Assembly (NCBI GenBank): GCA_964016885.1
Contig: OZ024740.1
Coordinates: 283,278,001 to 283,342,000 of the forward strand
Source of the DNA: Eledone cirrhosa
Lineage: Eukaryota
Direction of reading: 5' to 3'
Length of the DNA: 64,000 nt
Positions 41,220 through 52,510 of the stretch are shown one piece after another (positions within the stretch are counted from its first letter, which is position 1; each line of letters begins with the position of its first letter). The position numbers were made by a program, and so were the translations under genes. The notes under the pieces were generated by a model. The model was not told the origin of the DNA, did no database searches, and was given only the letters and a program-made list of their open reading frames with translations.

Positions 41220-43316
41220 ATGGCTACGAAAAAGAAATTTCATACGTCACTCCCACTCATTCCGTCTTCTTCTTTCTCAATCATCACTACAGCAGAGAGA
41301 AGATTGTCTCTCTCCCTCCCTTCTTTAAATGTGTCTCTCTCCCTCCCTTCTCTTTCGCAAGTGACGAAAGAAAAGAAAAGTCTCGTGCAAAGCGTGCAAG
41401 GTTTCTCCACGACGACGACGACAGCCACGAAACAGGTGTGCGGGAAATACGAAAACCCAGTTCATTCGTCTGACGTCAGGAATAATAGCAGTAGCAGCCG
41501 TAATAACAACAGCAACAGTGACAATGAAAACAACAGTAGCAGCCGCAACAGCATCACCAGCAGCATAAACAACAACAGCATTAGCAGCAGCAACACCAAC
41601 AACAACCACAGCAACAGCGGCGGAGGCAGTAGTCGTAGTACCTGCAGCAACAACAAAAGTACCAGCAGCTCTGACGACAACAACAACAGCAGAGAAAAAC
41701 CAATCTCATTTGCAGGTATTGCGAAAAACTTGGAAACAATCCTCATAACAAATGAGGAATTAGAGGAAGCGAAGAAGATGGTGACAAAGAACGGACACCG
41801 AGCAATCTGCAAGGCAGCGGAAAAATTTTTCGAAACCCAAGAGCACTGTACGGTCACGTACCGTACAGTAAGTACAAAATCCCGTAGGGTGGAAAGAGCC
41901 ACAGAGGCCCAAATACAAAAAGCCTTGGGGTCTGTGTGGCAGCGGAAAACGCACATCACCCGAGGCAAAAAATATGCCACCGTAGACGTACTTTTTGCCA
42001 CACCCCAGGAGGCAAAGGCCCAATCAGTAGTGACCCTAAGGAGCGAGGAAATGGTGTTGGTGCCCTCCTACTGCGGGCAAAAAATTGTGAGGGTCAAACT
42101 GACCCACGTCCCCCCCGGAATGACCCCTTCTTGGCTGGCCGTGTCTGTCCTCGTCGGAATCGAGGACAAAACAACTGTACTGCAAGTACAGAAAAAAGTA
42201 AGAGAAGATTGGGTCGGCTCCTCCATTGAGATGCTAATCCAAACCAACCAGGAGTGCATCGAAGCTATCCCGGATGTGATAGACTTCGATAACGGCACTC
42301 AACTGCCCATAAGTGTTGAGGGCAAACGCCCGAAATGCTTTCGCTGTGGATCGAAGACTCACCTCAGCGCCTTCTGCAACGAGAAGACCCTGAGAAAGGA
42401 GAAAACCCCCCTCCTTCCGAATCCGGCTCCACGGCTACCAGCAACAGGACAAGCGGCAACCAGGAACGATAGGCCCGTGGCACCCATACCCACTCCACGG
42501 AAATCAAAAACAGCAGCAGCAGTGGAAATACTAACAACAACAACAGCAATACCAAATGCAGCTGCAACAGAGACTCCTGTGCAAACATCACCAACAACAA
42601 CAAGTGAAGGAGTGGAGCTGGTACCCCTCCCCGACCTCACAGAATCAGACATGGAGTGTGAGGTGGGAGAGAGATGGCAAAAGGTCGTAAGAAGGCACAA
42701 ACGCAGAAGCAGCGCATCGTCGCCTTTGAAAAGGGAGGAAAGAAATGAGAAAAGGGTAAAGTCTACTGCAAAGAGACCCACAGCAGCAACAACACCAACA
42801 CCATCACCACCCACACTAGCACCACCATCACCACCGGCGACAACCCCACCGCCAACAACACCTTCAACACCACCACCACAAGCACCAACATCGCAAACAC
42901 AACAACAAAACACACACACCCAGCAACAACGACAAGAAAATAGCAGAACCACACCCCACCCCCAGAAAAACAAATGCACGGCAATAAATACACACAACAA
43001 GAAACTAATGACTTACATAATTGAACACACAGACATTTCACAACAGGACTACATAATACCAGCACCAATCAAAACGCCAACTAACATAAGACTGCTAAAA
43101 ATAGCACAGAAACAATACACAAACATTAAAACGAAATTCCCCAACGCAGTTGGTGATTTCAGGGACCTAGGAGGAACCATCAATCGAAGAGTATACTCAG
43201 ACATTCTCTTAGAAGAGCCGACGACCAGCCGAAGGGACGATTCAACGGTCCCTTCACCAGACGATCAAGTGAAAAGGGATGTAAAAACCATCCCTCCTCT
43301 ACCAAAAGTACGGTAA
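41220..43316 (+). CDS. LINE ORF1 (gag-like nucleic-acid-binding protein with CCHC zinc knuckle)
   Basis: 698 aa open frame; CFRCGSKTHLSAFC = C-X2-C-X4-H-X4-C knuckle after an RRM-like region; S/N- and P/T-rich low-complexity stretches; lies just upstream of ORF2. Confidence 0.88.
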   Translation: MATKKKFHTSLPLIPSSSFSIITTAERRLSLSLPSLNVSLSLPSLSQVTKEKKSLVQSVQGFSTTTTTATKQVCGKYENPVHSSDVRNNSSSSRNNNSNSDNENNSSSRNSITSSINNNSISSSNTNNNHSNSGGGSSRSTCSNNKSTSSSDDNNNSREKPISFAGIAKNLETILITNEELEEAKKMVTKNGHRAICKAAEKFFETQEHCTVTYRTVSTKSRRVERATEAQIQKALGSVWQRKTHITRGKKYATVDVLFATPQEAKAQSVVTLRSEEMVLVPSYCGQKIVRVKLTHVPPGMTPSWLAVSVLVGIEDKTTVLQVQKKVREDWVGSSIEMLIQTNQECIEAIPDVIDFDNGTQLPISVEGKRPKCFRCGSKTHLSAFCNEKTLRKEKTPLLPNPAPRLPATGQAATRNDRPVAPIPTPRKSKTAAAVEILTTTTAIPNAAATETPVQTSPTTTSEGVELVPLPDLTESDMECEVGERWQKVVRRHKRRSSASSPLKREERNEKRVKSTAKRPTAATTPTPSPPTLAPPSPPATTPPPTTPSTPPPQAPTSQTQQQNTHTQQQRQENSRTTPHPQKNKCTAINTHNKKLMTYIIEHTDISQQDYIIPAPIKTPTNIRLLKIAQKQYTNIKTKFPNAVGDFRDLGGTINRRVYSDILLEEPTTSRRDDSTVPSPDDQVKRDVKTIPPLPKVR

Positions 43317-43351
43317 GTGGTCTTTCCCATCTTTTCCACTCTATTTTAAAC

Positions 43352-46300
43352 ATGACCTCACTCAGAATAGGCAGCATAAATGCGCGTGGCTTGGGGTCGT
43401 CATGGAAGCAGGGTCACCTGCTCAACGACCTCAGGTCACTAAACATAGATGTAGTGGCCATCAGCGAGACCAGAATCTCCGAAGCACGGGCCTTCGTACC
43501 GATCTTCGGCGGCTACGATGTGTACGCATCTCCCAGCCGTCCTGGATCGGGTGGAGGAGTTGCTGTGCTTTTTCGGAGAGGTTTGGATCTCGCCATACGG
43601 GCCATCTTCCTGGACCCAGAGGGTAAGCTGGTGGTGCTGGACGTGACCAGCGGAGACGGGCAAGCTTTCAGGCTAGTGGCCGTCTATGCCCCGACAGGAG
43701 CAGGGCGGCCTGATTTCTTCCGGCGTCTGGAGACCTTTCTTGGAACGTCCCGCTCTTTAGTGTTAGTGGGCGACTGGAACGGGATCTTAGATGCACGCTG
43801 GGACTGTGTGGGATTAGCGGATAGGGGTGGAGGGTGCAAGAGCCTCACCAACCTGCTCAGGCGTTTTGAACTGTCTGGCAGGTACCGATTGGATTTCCCG
43901 AATGTGCCAATGTGGACTTGGACAAACCGCATAGGGTCATCCAGATCATATCTAGATAGAGTATTTTGTAGGGAAATAGATAGGTCTAGCATAGGCTGTC
44001 CACAATTCAAGATAGTCAGCTACACGGACCACAAATTCGTGATCTGTGTGCTTGACTTAGATAGACTTCATAGACGAGGACCCGGCTACTGGAAGCTAAA
44101 CGCGTCCTTACCAGCGCGCAAGGCCTACAGAGACCGGATTAGCGAACTAGTTAAGCGGGCGTTGACGGGGGCCATCGTCAACAACAAGTGGTGGTTTGCT
44201 CTGAAAAGAGCGATTAGAATAGAATCGATTAGGTTTAGTAAGGCTTTAGCAATAGAGAAAAATAGAGCAGAGGGAGAACTAGTTAGAAAATTAGACGAGG
44301 CGCTTAGCAAAGGCATTGCGACCGACGTGCTTGTGGCGAAATTGGCCCTTGACCAATTCTTCAATGCAAAGCACGAAGGCTGCGTTGTCAGAGCTAGGGT
44401 GCGTGCTCTCAGACACGAGGGGACGAAAGCCTTTCAATGGGCCCGAGTGGCGGAGGCGCGTCGTGGCAACAAAGCCACGATCCGGTCTTTGGTGGACCAC
44501 GACGGGCGCATGCTACTCGATCCCGGGCAAATGTGTGAAGCTTTTCAGCGACACTTCGCTCAGCTGTTCGGGGGCAGCGGTGGGCCGGGTAGAGGGATGG
44601 ACTTTAGTGTCTACCTCGACGGACTGCCGCGGCTCTCGGCCACTGAGGCGAAGTGTTGCGAAAAGCCGATAACAGCCGCTGAAGTAAGGGAGGCAATGAC
44701 TGGCTGCACAAGGGGTAAATCGCCTGGTTTGGATGGTCTGCCCTATGAACTTTACGTACAGATGCCAGACTTGTTCGGAGGCCTCTTGGCGGACGTCTAC
44801 TGCAACTGGCAACAGAACGGGAGAATTCCCAGTTCTGTGAGCCGAGGAGCGGTGGCACTGCTGAGAAAGGATCCGAACAAGGGGGATGACATAGACAATT
44901 TCCGGCCCATAACTCTGCTAAACACAGAGTTTAAGATTTTGGCCAAGGTGCTAGCAAAGAGGTTGGCGCTTGTCGTTGGTGGTCTGGTGGGAGAGGCGCA
45001 GACATGCGCCATTCCCGACAGATCCATCCACGACAACCTCCACCTCATGCGATACATCGTAGAGAGGGTAGCTAGGGAACCTGGCACGGGTGGGTCCTTG
45101 ATCAATTTAGATCAGTCGAAAGCTTTCGATAGGGTCGACCATCGTTACCTAGCGGCAGTCCTGAGGGCGGCTGGCTTTGGGCCCGTCTTCAGAGGCTGGA
45201 TCGCTGCCATGCACAGCGACATCTGCTCTGTGGTGAGAGTGAACGGTCACCTGTCGGAACCGTTCAACATCATGCGCTCGGTCCGCCAAGGATGTCCCCT
45301 CTCGTCCCTCTTGTACGTATTGACTCTCGAGCCATTACTGCACAAACTGGAGACGTTGAGGGGGGTCCCGCGCGAACTAGGATGCGGAAGATCCGTATCA
45401 GCATATGCGGACGATGTCACCGTAGTGGTGTCGAACGCCAAACACATCGAGGCGATCGGCACTACACTAAGAGAATACGAAGCGGTGACAGGAGCAATGA
45501 TCAACCAGGAAAAGTCAGTGGGCCTGCAGCTCGGCACCTGGAGAGGCAGGTCCATGCCGTCCAACAGCGTCGTCGGACGCTGGACGGACGGACCGGTTAA
45601 ATTGCTAGGGGTCTGGTTCGGTCCGGACCTCCAGACGGACAAAAACTGGGACGAGGTGACGAGCAGGGTGGCTTCTCTCACCCAGAAATGGGCCGAGAGG
45701 AAGCTATCCCTGAAAGGTCGAGCGGAGGTGGCTAACGCGTACATCGCGTCCGTCATCTGCTACCGCCTGACCGTCGTACCTTGTCCTAAGCCTCGCCTGA
45801 CTGTGCTGGAGCGTTTGCTCTTTCGCTTTTTGTGGAAGGGACGCGCTCCGATGGTCAGGCGGTCCATCTGTTGTCAACACCCGCTACGTGGAGGGCTGGG
45901 CATGCCGTGGCTGATGATGCGCAGGCACGCGCTCAGGCTACGACATCTCCACCTCTTCCTCGACGGTGATCAGGTGTGGTCGCCGTTTGCTAGACGCGTG
46001 TTTCCCCAGCTCGTTTCCTTGACGGAGCTGCAGTCCTGGGTCAAGCGAAGACCGAGAGGGAGCGCCTGGAGACTGGAATGTCTTCAGGCGCTCACAGCCC
46101 TCGACCAATCGGGCAATGTGATCGGTGGAAACTCCACCTCGGCGTTCTATAGAGGATTAGTGGAGGGGAAGAGCGACGACGTACTTGGGGAAACTCTAGG
46201 CGTCGACGAAAATCAACTAGCCAATCTCTTCGGAAGAACTTTCGGGCCAGGGCCTATGGACAACTTCCAGAAATCTCTGGCCTGGCAGTGCTACCGAGGA

Positions 46301-46771
46301 GCCTTGCCAGTTCGGGATAAACTCTACAGGCATGGAGGTGCCGTCAGCCGGGCATGTCCGAGATGCGCGCAGGGCGACGAAACCGTCCTGCACGCACTCG
46401 TCCAGTGTCCGAAAATTGCTGACTTGTGGGTTTATGTCGAACACCTGCTGTCGCGTTTAGGACGGATCCGGCTATCATCTGAGTCCATCGTGAGGATTGC
46501 CCCGCCCTCCTCCTTTAGCCGGGAAGGGCAGGCAGTTTTTATCTGCCTGGTGGCCATGGCGAAAGAGATAGTATGGTGGACACGTTTGAAAGGGCTGAAG
46601 ACGAGCACTTACCTCTTCGGTGATGCTCTGATTGACTTTTTCAAATTTCATTTGAAAAGGAAAATCAGAGTAGAGAGGGAAGTGCTCTCTTCCCAGCATT
46701 TTGTTGAAAGATGGGTGAGAGAAGCAAGAATGGCCCGAGTGAATGGGCCTACTCTGAGCATATATCTGTAA
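43352..46771 (+). CDS. LINE ORF2: APE endonuclease + reverse transcriptase + C-terminal zinc finger
   Basis: 1139 aa. APE motifs GSINARGL, ISETR, VYAP, GDWN, YLDR, TDH. RT motifs KSPGLDGLP, FRPITLLNTEFKILAK, LDQSKAFDRVDH, VRQGCPLS, YADD. C-terminal CPRC..ETVLHALVQC. The YWKLN motif is typical of L1/Tx1. Confidence 0.96.
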   Translation: MTSLRIGSINARGLGSSWKQGHLLNDLRSLNIDVVAISETRISEARAFVPIFGGYDVYASPSRPGSGGGVAVLFRRGLDLAIRAIFLDPEGKLVVLDVTSGDGQAFRLVAVYAPTGAGRPDFFRRLETFLGTSRSLVLVGDWNGILDARWDCVGLADRGGGCKSLTNLLRRFELSGRYRLDFPNVPMWTWTNRIGSSRSYLDRVFCREIDRSSIGCPQFKIVSYTDHKFVICVLDLDRLHRRGPGYWKLNASLPARKAYRDRISELVKRALTGAIVNNKWWFALKRAIRIESIRFSKALAIEKNRAEGELVRKLDEALSKGIATDVLVAKLALDQFFNAKHEGCVVRARVRALRHEGTKAFQWARVAEARRGNKATIRSLVDHDGRMLLDPGQMCEAFQRHFAQLFGGSGGPGRGMDFSVYLDGLPRLSATEAKCCEKPITAAEVREAMTGCTRGKSPGLDGLPYELYVQMPDLFGGLLADVYCNWQQNGRIPSSVSRGAVALLRKDPNKGDDIDNFRPITLLNTEFKILAKVLAKRLALVVGGLVGEAQTCAIPDRSIHDNLHLMRYIVERVAREPGTGGSLINLDQSKAFDRVDHRYLAAVLRAAGFGPVFRGWIAAMHSDICSVVRVNGHLSEPFNIMRSVRQGCPLSSLLYVLTLEPLLHKLETLRGVPRELGCGRSVSAYADDVTVVVSNAKHIEAIGTTLREYEAVTGAMINQEKSVGLQLGTWRGRSMPSNSVVGRWTDGPVKLLGVWFGPDLQTDKNWDEVTSRVASLTQKWAERKLSLKGRAEVANAYIASVICYRLTVVPCPKPRLTVLERLLFRFLWKGRAPMVRRSICCQHPLRGGLGMPWLMMRRHALRLRHLHLFLDGDQVWSPFARRVFPQLVSLTELQSWVKRRPRGSAWRLECLQALTALDQSGNVIGGNSTSAFYRGLVEGKSDDVLGETLGVDENQLANLFGRTFGPGPMDNFQKSLAWQCYRGALPVRDKLYRHGGAVSRACPRCAQGDETVLHALVQCPKIADLWVYVEHLLSRLGRIRLSSESIVRIAPPSSFSREGQAVFICLVAMAKEIVWWTRLKGLKTSTYLFGDALIDFFKFHLKRKIRVEREVLSSQHFVERWVREARMARVNGPTLSIYL

Positions 46772-47018
46772 ATTAAAGGTGGAAAACTGGGAGAGGGCAC
46801 TTGCCTTGGTGGTCAGGGTCATTGTGGCTTTTTACTGGGCTTTCTCCACAAATGTCCCTCCGAAGTCTCCCCCCTATTGGGGAATTTTTCATTGTTATTT
46901 TTGTTACATCCTCTGTTTTTGTTTTTTACACGCAGAAATGCCCATTTGTACCGTCCTGCATTGTCCTGCACTGTCCTTAATGTCTACTTTATGTAAACCC
47001 TTGTGGTTAATAAAGAAA

Positions 47019-47080
<62 letters not shown>

Positions 47081-47292
47081 GGATTGGCAGTATCGGTAGA
47101 GCGTCAGACACCATGCTTTCCAGCATAATTACGACCCTTTACATTCTGAGTTCAAATCCCGTTGAGATTAGCTTTGCCTTTCATCCTTACGGGGTCGATA
47201 AAGTAAAGTACCAGTAATGTACTGGGTCGATATAATCGACTTTCCCCTCCCAAAAATTGCTGGCTTTGTGCCTATAGTAGAAATAATTATTA
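47081..47292 (+). mobile_element. SINE copy (long form) abutting the Tx1 (ATT)n tail
   Basis: Family motifs begin immediately after (ATT)20. Confidence 0.9.
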
Positions 47293-47859
47293 CGGCGCAT
47301 CACCAATGCATTACCGAGCGTAGCTCTCTTCTCTGCGCCTTGGGTATGTGCAGTCTGTTTTTGGTGTTATTGTTTCTATTGTATTGAGAGTACTCGGCGT
47401 AATATGTATACAGTGCCCAGTAGTGTTATTTTTGTATACTGTATATAATTGTAAGTCCTGGGGTTCTAGTTATGTATCTGTCTGTGTGTGTGTGTTTTTT
47501 ATAGTATTATAGATACTATTTCTATCTTGATCATCACATTCGGGTTATTTCTATCTCTAGATCTTTATGTTCTAATAGTTTCCTTGGTTGACATATTGTC
47601 GCTACGTACTATCACGGCTGCGGCATGATCCGCATCCCCCATCCCAGTAATTGGTGCACGTCACTTGTTTTGTCGAGTCGGTTGAGATATAGTTCAGAAG
47701 GACGTCTGTGGTTTAACTCTTGAACGGTCTTGGTCTAGTGAATGCTGTTGAATGTAGGCGCATAGTTTAAGTTTTATTGAGTTCGTGGCTGGCTTCGGCT
47801 TACTAACGATGTACTAACGTTCAATTTTAGGCAATTGGTGACCTTAGTCTGACTCGCAG

Positions 47860-47899
<40 letters not shown>

Positions 47900-48067
47900 A
47901 TCTTTATATATATATATCCGAAGAGAGAGAGGGGGGGAGAGAGAGAAAGATAAATAGATAGAGAGAGAGGAGAGAGGGAGAGAGAGAGAGTGAGAGAGAG
48001 AGAGAGAGGGGGGGGGGAGAAAGTGAGAGAAAGATGAATATGGATTGTTATGTATTGCGCTGGTGAT

Positions 48068-48112
<45 letters not shown>

Positions 48113-48119
48113 CCTTGAT

Positions 48120-48300
48120 CACATTGACCGACCAGTATGTCGGGCGTCCATTCGGCGCCGCTGGTTAGCACGCCGTCTATTCCTCATCCATGTAGTCCCA
48201 ATCATATTCCTAAAATCGTAACTCCACCTTCGAGGAGGCCTTCCGAGTAGTCGTTTCCGCGGGTACCACTCGGCAACTGCGCAGAATATATGCGCAGCAA
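48120..48300 (-). mobile_element. 3' fragment of an RTE-type LINE
   Basis: WYPRKR..GRPPRRWSYD....GTTWMR is the usual RTE ORF C-terminus. Confidence 0.65.
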
Positions 48301-48339
48301 GTTCAGATGGGCTGGACACGTCGCCCGGTTCACCGATAT

Positions 48340-49489
48340 ATATATATATGGGATAACAAATTATCGTTATAGGTAATCCAGTTATAAGGTGTGAGTACTC
48401 TGAATTTTTAACGTTCAGCGTTGTTTGATTCAACAAGAGGTTTCCTTAGTTAGGTGGCGAGTTCCCAGGAATTCCTATGCAGGTTAATCTTGGAGTAATA
48501 ATAGTGAAAGAGTGAAGAATAACATGGTCAACAGTACAAAAAGGGTTTTATTTACAGTTTTAACAATTGTTTCATTGATTAGTATGTCTAAAGGTTGCTA
48601 TTCACTCGAAGTTGTGTCACTGAACCTTAAATACAGTGTGTGCTTAATCAAATCATCGGAATAACTGACAAATTTACACTCGGTATTTGTATTTATACTA
48701 AAGAGAATTCAAATAACATCAATAATAAAGAAAGAAAAAGAAAAAAATAATAATAAAGAAGTTAAAATGAAGATGATAAAAAAATAAGTAAAAAATATAT
48801 ACGTGAAAAAAAATATATCAACATAATATGATTGTTGAAAATAGTGGTGGTGGTGGAGGGGGGTGTTAAAGTTATAGTGTTGTGTAAGTATAAAGATGTG
48901 ATGAGGGTAGGAATATTATTAATATGAAAATAAATATTAAATATATACATACGTATTATACGTATTGGTTAAATCGCAGAGGGTTAGAGTAGGAAGAAAG
49001 AATATAATGATAAATAACATATAACAGATAAATTAATAAATTAGAAGTTAGGTTAGAGGTTAAGAGATACAGGATAGGATACAAGGGAAGAGGTGAAGAA
49101 AGAAAGGTTAGGAGGTCTATGATGTTGATTTCGTGATTAGTTGGTCTGTTGACAGTTAATAATAATGGTTTGGTATGTAGTTATTATAATAGACTCTGGG
49201 TGGTTCAGCTTGAATTATGGGATTGTTGGATCGAATCATGTTGGTTTGAAATTTGCGAATTTAGTAGCTGCTTTGTGCCTACAGAAAATTGATCGTTCTA
49301 TTTTGCTGTTAAGCAGCATTTTGTCATACTTTAAAATATGGAACAGCTCCATATTGCAAAGTCTGCAGTGGGACATTTCATTTCTGTAGGACTTTGCTCC
49401 CGATAATTTCGACCAGCTAATCACGTATTCTTGCTTTGTATCCTTAAGCTGCCAGATTTTATTAGCCATGTTATTCTTCACTCTTTCAC

Positions 49490-49491
<2 letters not shown>
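48340..49491 (-). mobile_element. 5'-truncated Penelope-like element: GIY-YIG C-terminus, 3'UTR, long-stem-II hammerhead and inverted 5' stub
   Basis: ORF 49236-49481: IWQLKD..YVISW...AKSY....CRLCNME..ILK...LLNSK.E....CRH, a typical PLE GIY-YIG C-terminus. Hammerhead-like motif at 48555-48667. 49466-49491 is an inverted copy of 48511-48537. Confidence 0.85.
48555..48667 (-). ncRNA. Hammerhead-like motif (CCGATGA core, extended stem II)
   Basis: CAGTTATT / CCGATGA / T-TTGATTA...TAATCAA-T / GAAA / CAATTG / T-T / AAAACTG, in the 3' region of a GIY-YIG PLE. Confidence 0.62.
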
Positions 49492-49574
<83 letters not shown>

Positions 49575-49699
49575 TATTTTCCGATGAAACGCTGAGGCTC
49601 AATTTTAACAACTTCATAACTGCTAAGTCCTCCTGTGTTAATTTCGATGTTGACCTTTTCTTATTTACATGCATTACATAGATACGTACATACATATAT

Positions 49700-51090
49700 A
49701 TGCAAGAATATATAGAGAAATGTTCACATGGTTCCGACGTTCTTGAAAGATTTAGGAATGTAGTTTGGCCAGGATAAATTTTTTTATATGATTGTAAAGC
49801 GAGGAAAAGCTACAAGCCAATTTAGCAACATCCCTACCAATGGTCTGACGTTTGTACCGGTATCTGATAACGACTGCTACAGATACTTAAGGTATAGATG
49901 AAAATATATCCTTTCGTAGTAGTTGTAATAAGGAACGAGTAACCAGGGAATATAACATCCGAAAAAGAAGAATATAGCATCTTCAATTCTCTGCGCACAA
50001 TAAACCAGTAGCTTACAAAATGTTTGCTGTGCTTCTGCTGACACCAACATTTAGGCAACTTCACTGGGCGCTAGATGAGATCCGAGACGACATTGAGGCT
50101 TAAATCTACCCGAAATTTAAACATGTAGGCAGAGTTTTATCAACAACACAAACAGAATTTGATCATCACATCCTATCCCCAGATAATGTCTACGCATCAC
50201 CAAGAGTAGAAGATTATCTATAGAACAAATCTGTCAACATGAGTCAGATAACATTATGACAGTTGGGAAGGAGCTCCCTGAGAAATAATCCGTGTATGAT
50301 TATGAAAAACTAACACCCAGGGAAATAGCACAGCAATACCGCAATTAATCTATCGATGGAAAACTGCATGCTTATCAGCAAAACATCACGCATGGCTACG
50401 TTGCCAGAAAGGTTCAAAATGAGAGTAATATAGATACGCAAAGCAGTCTATATTGGACCAATAACCGGTATATTGACTTTCACATTGACGGATATGCTTT
50501 TGTACTCCAGGACCAGGGGAAAAATAAAATACCTAATGGACAAATGAGATTGGGTTGAAGACAAAACAACTAGATGTGACAACAGATGTAAACTGCAGAA
50601 TAAACATCAAGGATGTCACCCACATTATAAAATGCTGCCTATTGTCATCACGATACTATCTTTTTATCAGCCAAAAGACTATACAACGCAATCCGTGGAA
50701 CAGATAACCCTGAGAATATACATATGAAATGTTACAATGATGCGTAGGGTCATATGTATACCTAATATGAAAGACTACTGTTGGAATGTTCTACTCAAAA
50801 CCCTAATAAATTGCAAGCATAACATAACAGACAAGAAAATCGTGATATTAGGCTGAGAAAAGAAAGCATGTACAGTAATGGAATTCAGCTGCCAAACAGT
50901 GGCAAAAACGAGAACAACTATGCTGAACTAATGAGGAATCTGCAAATACTCCACCCTGAGTATATCTTTAGATTTGCAGCTGTGATCTTTGGGGCTCTGG
51001 GACATATTCCTAACTACCTCATTACAAATCCAGAGAGGCTCGGCTTCACAGAACTGGATAGGGCACAGCTAGTTAGGAAGCTGTAAGTAG
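49700..51090 (+). mobile_element. Decayed 5'-truncated relative of the R4-like element
   Basis: Frameshifted remnants match the 30-33 kb element: LSAHNKPVAYKMFAVLLLTPTF vs LSAYNKYIAHNTYAVPILTPTF, NRCKL, DVTHII, SSRYYL; ORF 50868-51086 (NYAELMRNLQILHPEYIFRF..IFGALGHIP) vs IYGPLMRSLQIQYPSYTFSF..IIGATGYIP. Preceded by TACA-like repeats. Confidence 0.8.
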
Positions 51091-51184
51091 AGTCCAGAGG
51101 TATGGGTTCAACTCCCATGTGCGCTGATGCCCATTTTTTCCCGTTCAGTGGGATTATATGCCCAGCTATTATTAGACCATATCC

Positions 51185-51393
51185 TGCTAATATTGGTAGA
51201 GCGTCGGACACCATGCAATTTGGCATAGTGTTACAGCCCTTTAAGTTCTGATTTCAAATCCCGCCATGGTTAGCTTATGTCTTTCATCTCTACGGCGTCG
51301 CTAAAATAATGTTCCAGTAACGCACTAGGGTCAAGTTAACTGACTTTCCTTCCCCCTAAATTGTTGGCCTTGTGCCTCAATGAGAAACAATTA
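51185..51393 (+). mobile_element. Diverged SINE copy
   Basis: Family motifs. Confidence 0.78.
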
Positions 51394-51666
51394 TATATTC
51401 TTGTAATTAATAATTGTAAAAAAAGAGGAACATCTGCAAAGAAATATATGTAAATATATGTTGTTATATTTAGGTCGGCAGATGCTATTCCTAAGATATC
51501 ATAACTAATTCAGTTAATCTGCAACAATGGTGTTTGCACGCACACATACACGCACACATACATTCCTACACGAACGTACACTTCGCATACACACATACAC
51601 ACACACACACTTATATATATATGCATATATATTTTATATACATACATATATATATATATAATATAT

Positions 51667-51868
51667 AAGAACAAAAGATGGTTAAAAGAGTTCCATGTAT
51701 TTTATTATGTGCATTTCAAAAACAAATATCATCATGCAATAATATTTGTGTTTTCATCAGATAAAACAGGAAGACATGATATGAAGGTTAAAAAACACTT
51801 GTGGATAGTTCAGTTTTAAATCAACATTGCATTGCTTTATTGTACTACAATAAAACTCACCTCCTACA
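51667..51868. repeat. Family C element with most of the right arm deleted
   Basis: Left arm matches 40072-40230 and joins directly to the tail CATTGCTTTATTGTACTACAATAAAACTCACCTCCTAC. Confidence 0.85.
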
Positions 51869-51902
51869 CACACACATATATATATATACATATGACGGCG
51901 AT

Positions 51903-52510
51903 GAATTTGTTTTGCGAGGTTTTTTATATGAAATCGTGTGTCGAAACAAATATTGTTATACTTGGGGAGGGTCATATTGTTGTAATAATATTGACAGAAA
52001 TAATAACAGAACACACTCACTGTTTGGTTGGTTTTCGCTTCTGTATCTTTTATATCTCCATAGTTAATTTATTCGGTTCTCAATGTTTATCATTGACTGA
52101 CCAACGGTCAAAAATACAGATATAAATACATATACAGTCTAACAAAGTTCTTTCGTTGCACATCTGCAACATCATCAGTGGTACTATTATGTTTCCTCCT
52201 GTTGTATTCTATGTCTACGCCATTTTTATTTTATCTGTTTATTTATTTATTTATTTTTGTCTTCTCTGTGCATGCGTTTGCGTGTGTGTATAGTATTTGG
52301 TGTGTGTGTTCGTGTTTGGGTGACTGTGTATTGGTTATTGTATTCTATCTTAGTTTACTAGTGTGTGTTTATATCTGTTTGTTGTTATTGTGCTTGTGTA
52401 TATATTTATTTATTTATATTTCTCTTAAGTCAGTATTGTTTGTTTGGATGTTATTGTTATTCCATTCATTTTTTCTGTTTAGCTTTGGCTTTCTAAGCTC
52501 CATTTCGCTT
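51903..52510 (-). mobile_element. PLE family B 3' fragment with hammerhead-like motif
   Basis: Reverse-complement copy of about 38565-39140 plus a 3' extension; minus strand reads CTGATGA-T-GTTGCA-GATG-TGCAAC-GAAA at 52151-52178. Confidence 0.85.

Larger units (their letters stand above)
41007..47020 (+). mobile_element. Full-length L1/Tx1-clade non-LTR retrotransposon flanked by (ATT)n
   Basis: 5' flank (ATT)8 at 40983-41006; about 210 bp 5'UTR; two uninterrupted ORFs; AATAAA at 47009-47014; (ATT)20 at 47021-47080. GC content is visibly higher than the surroundings. Confidence 0.95.

Noticed and set aside
41240-46822. Antisense and alternative-frame ORFs within the LINE
   Set aside because: Expected shadows of GC-rich long ORFs; no motifs.
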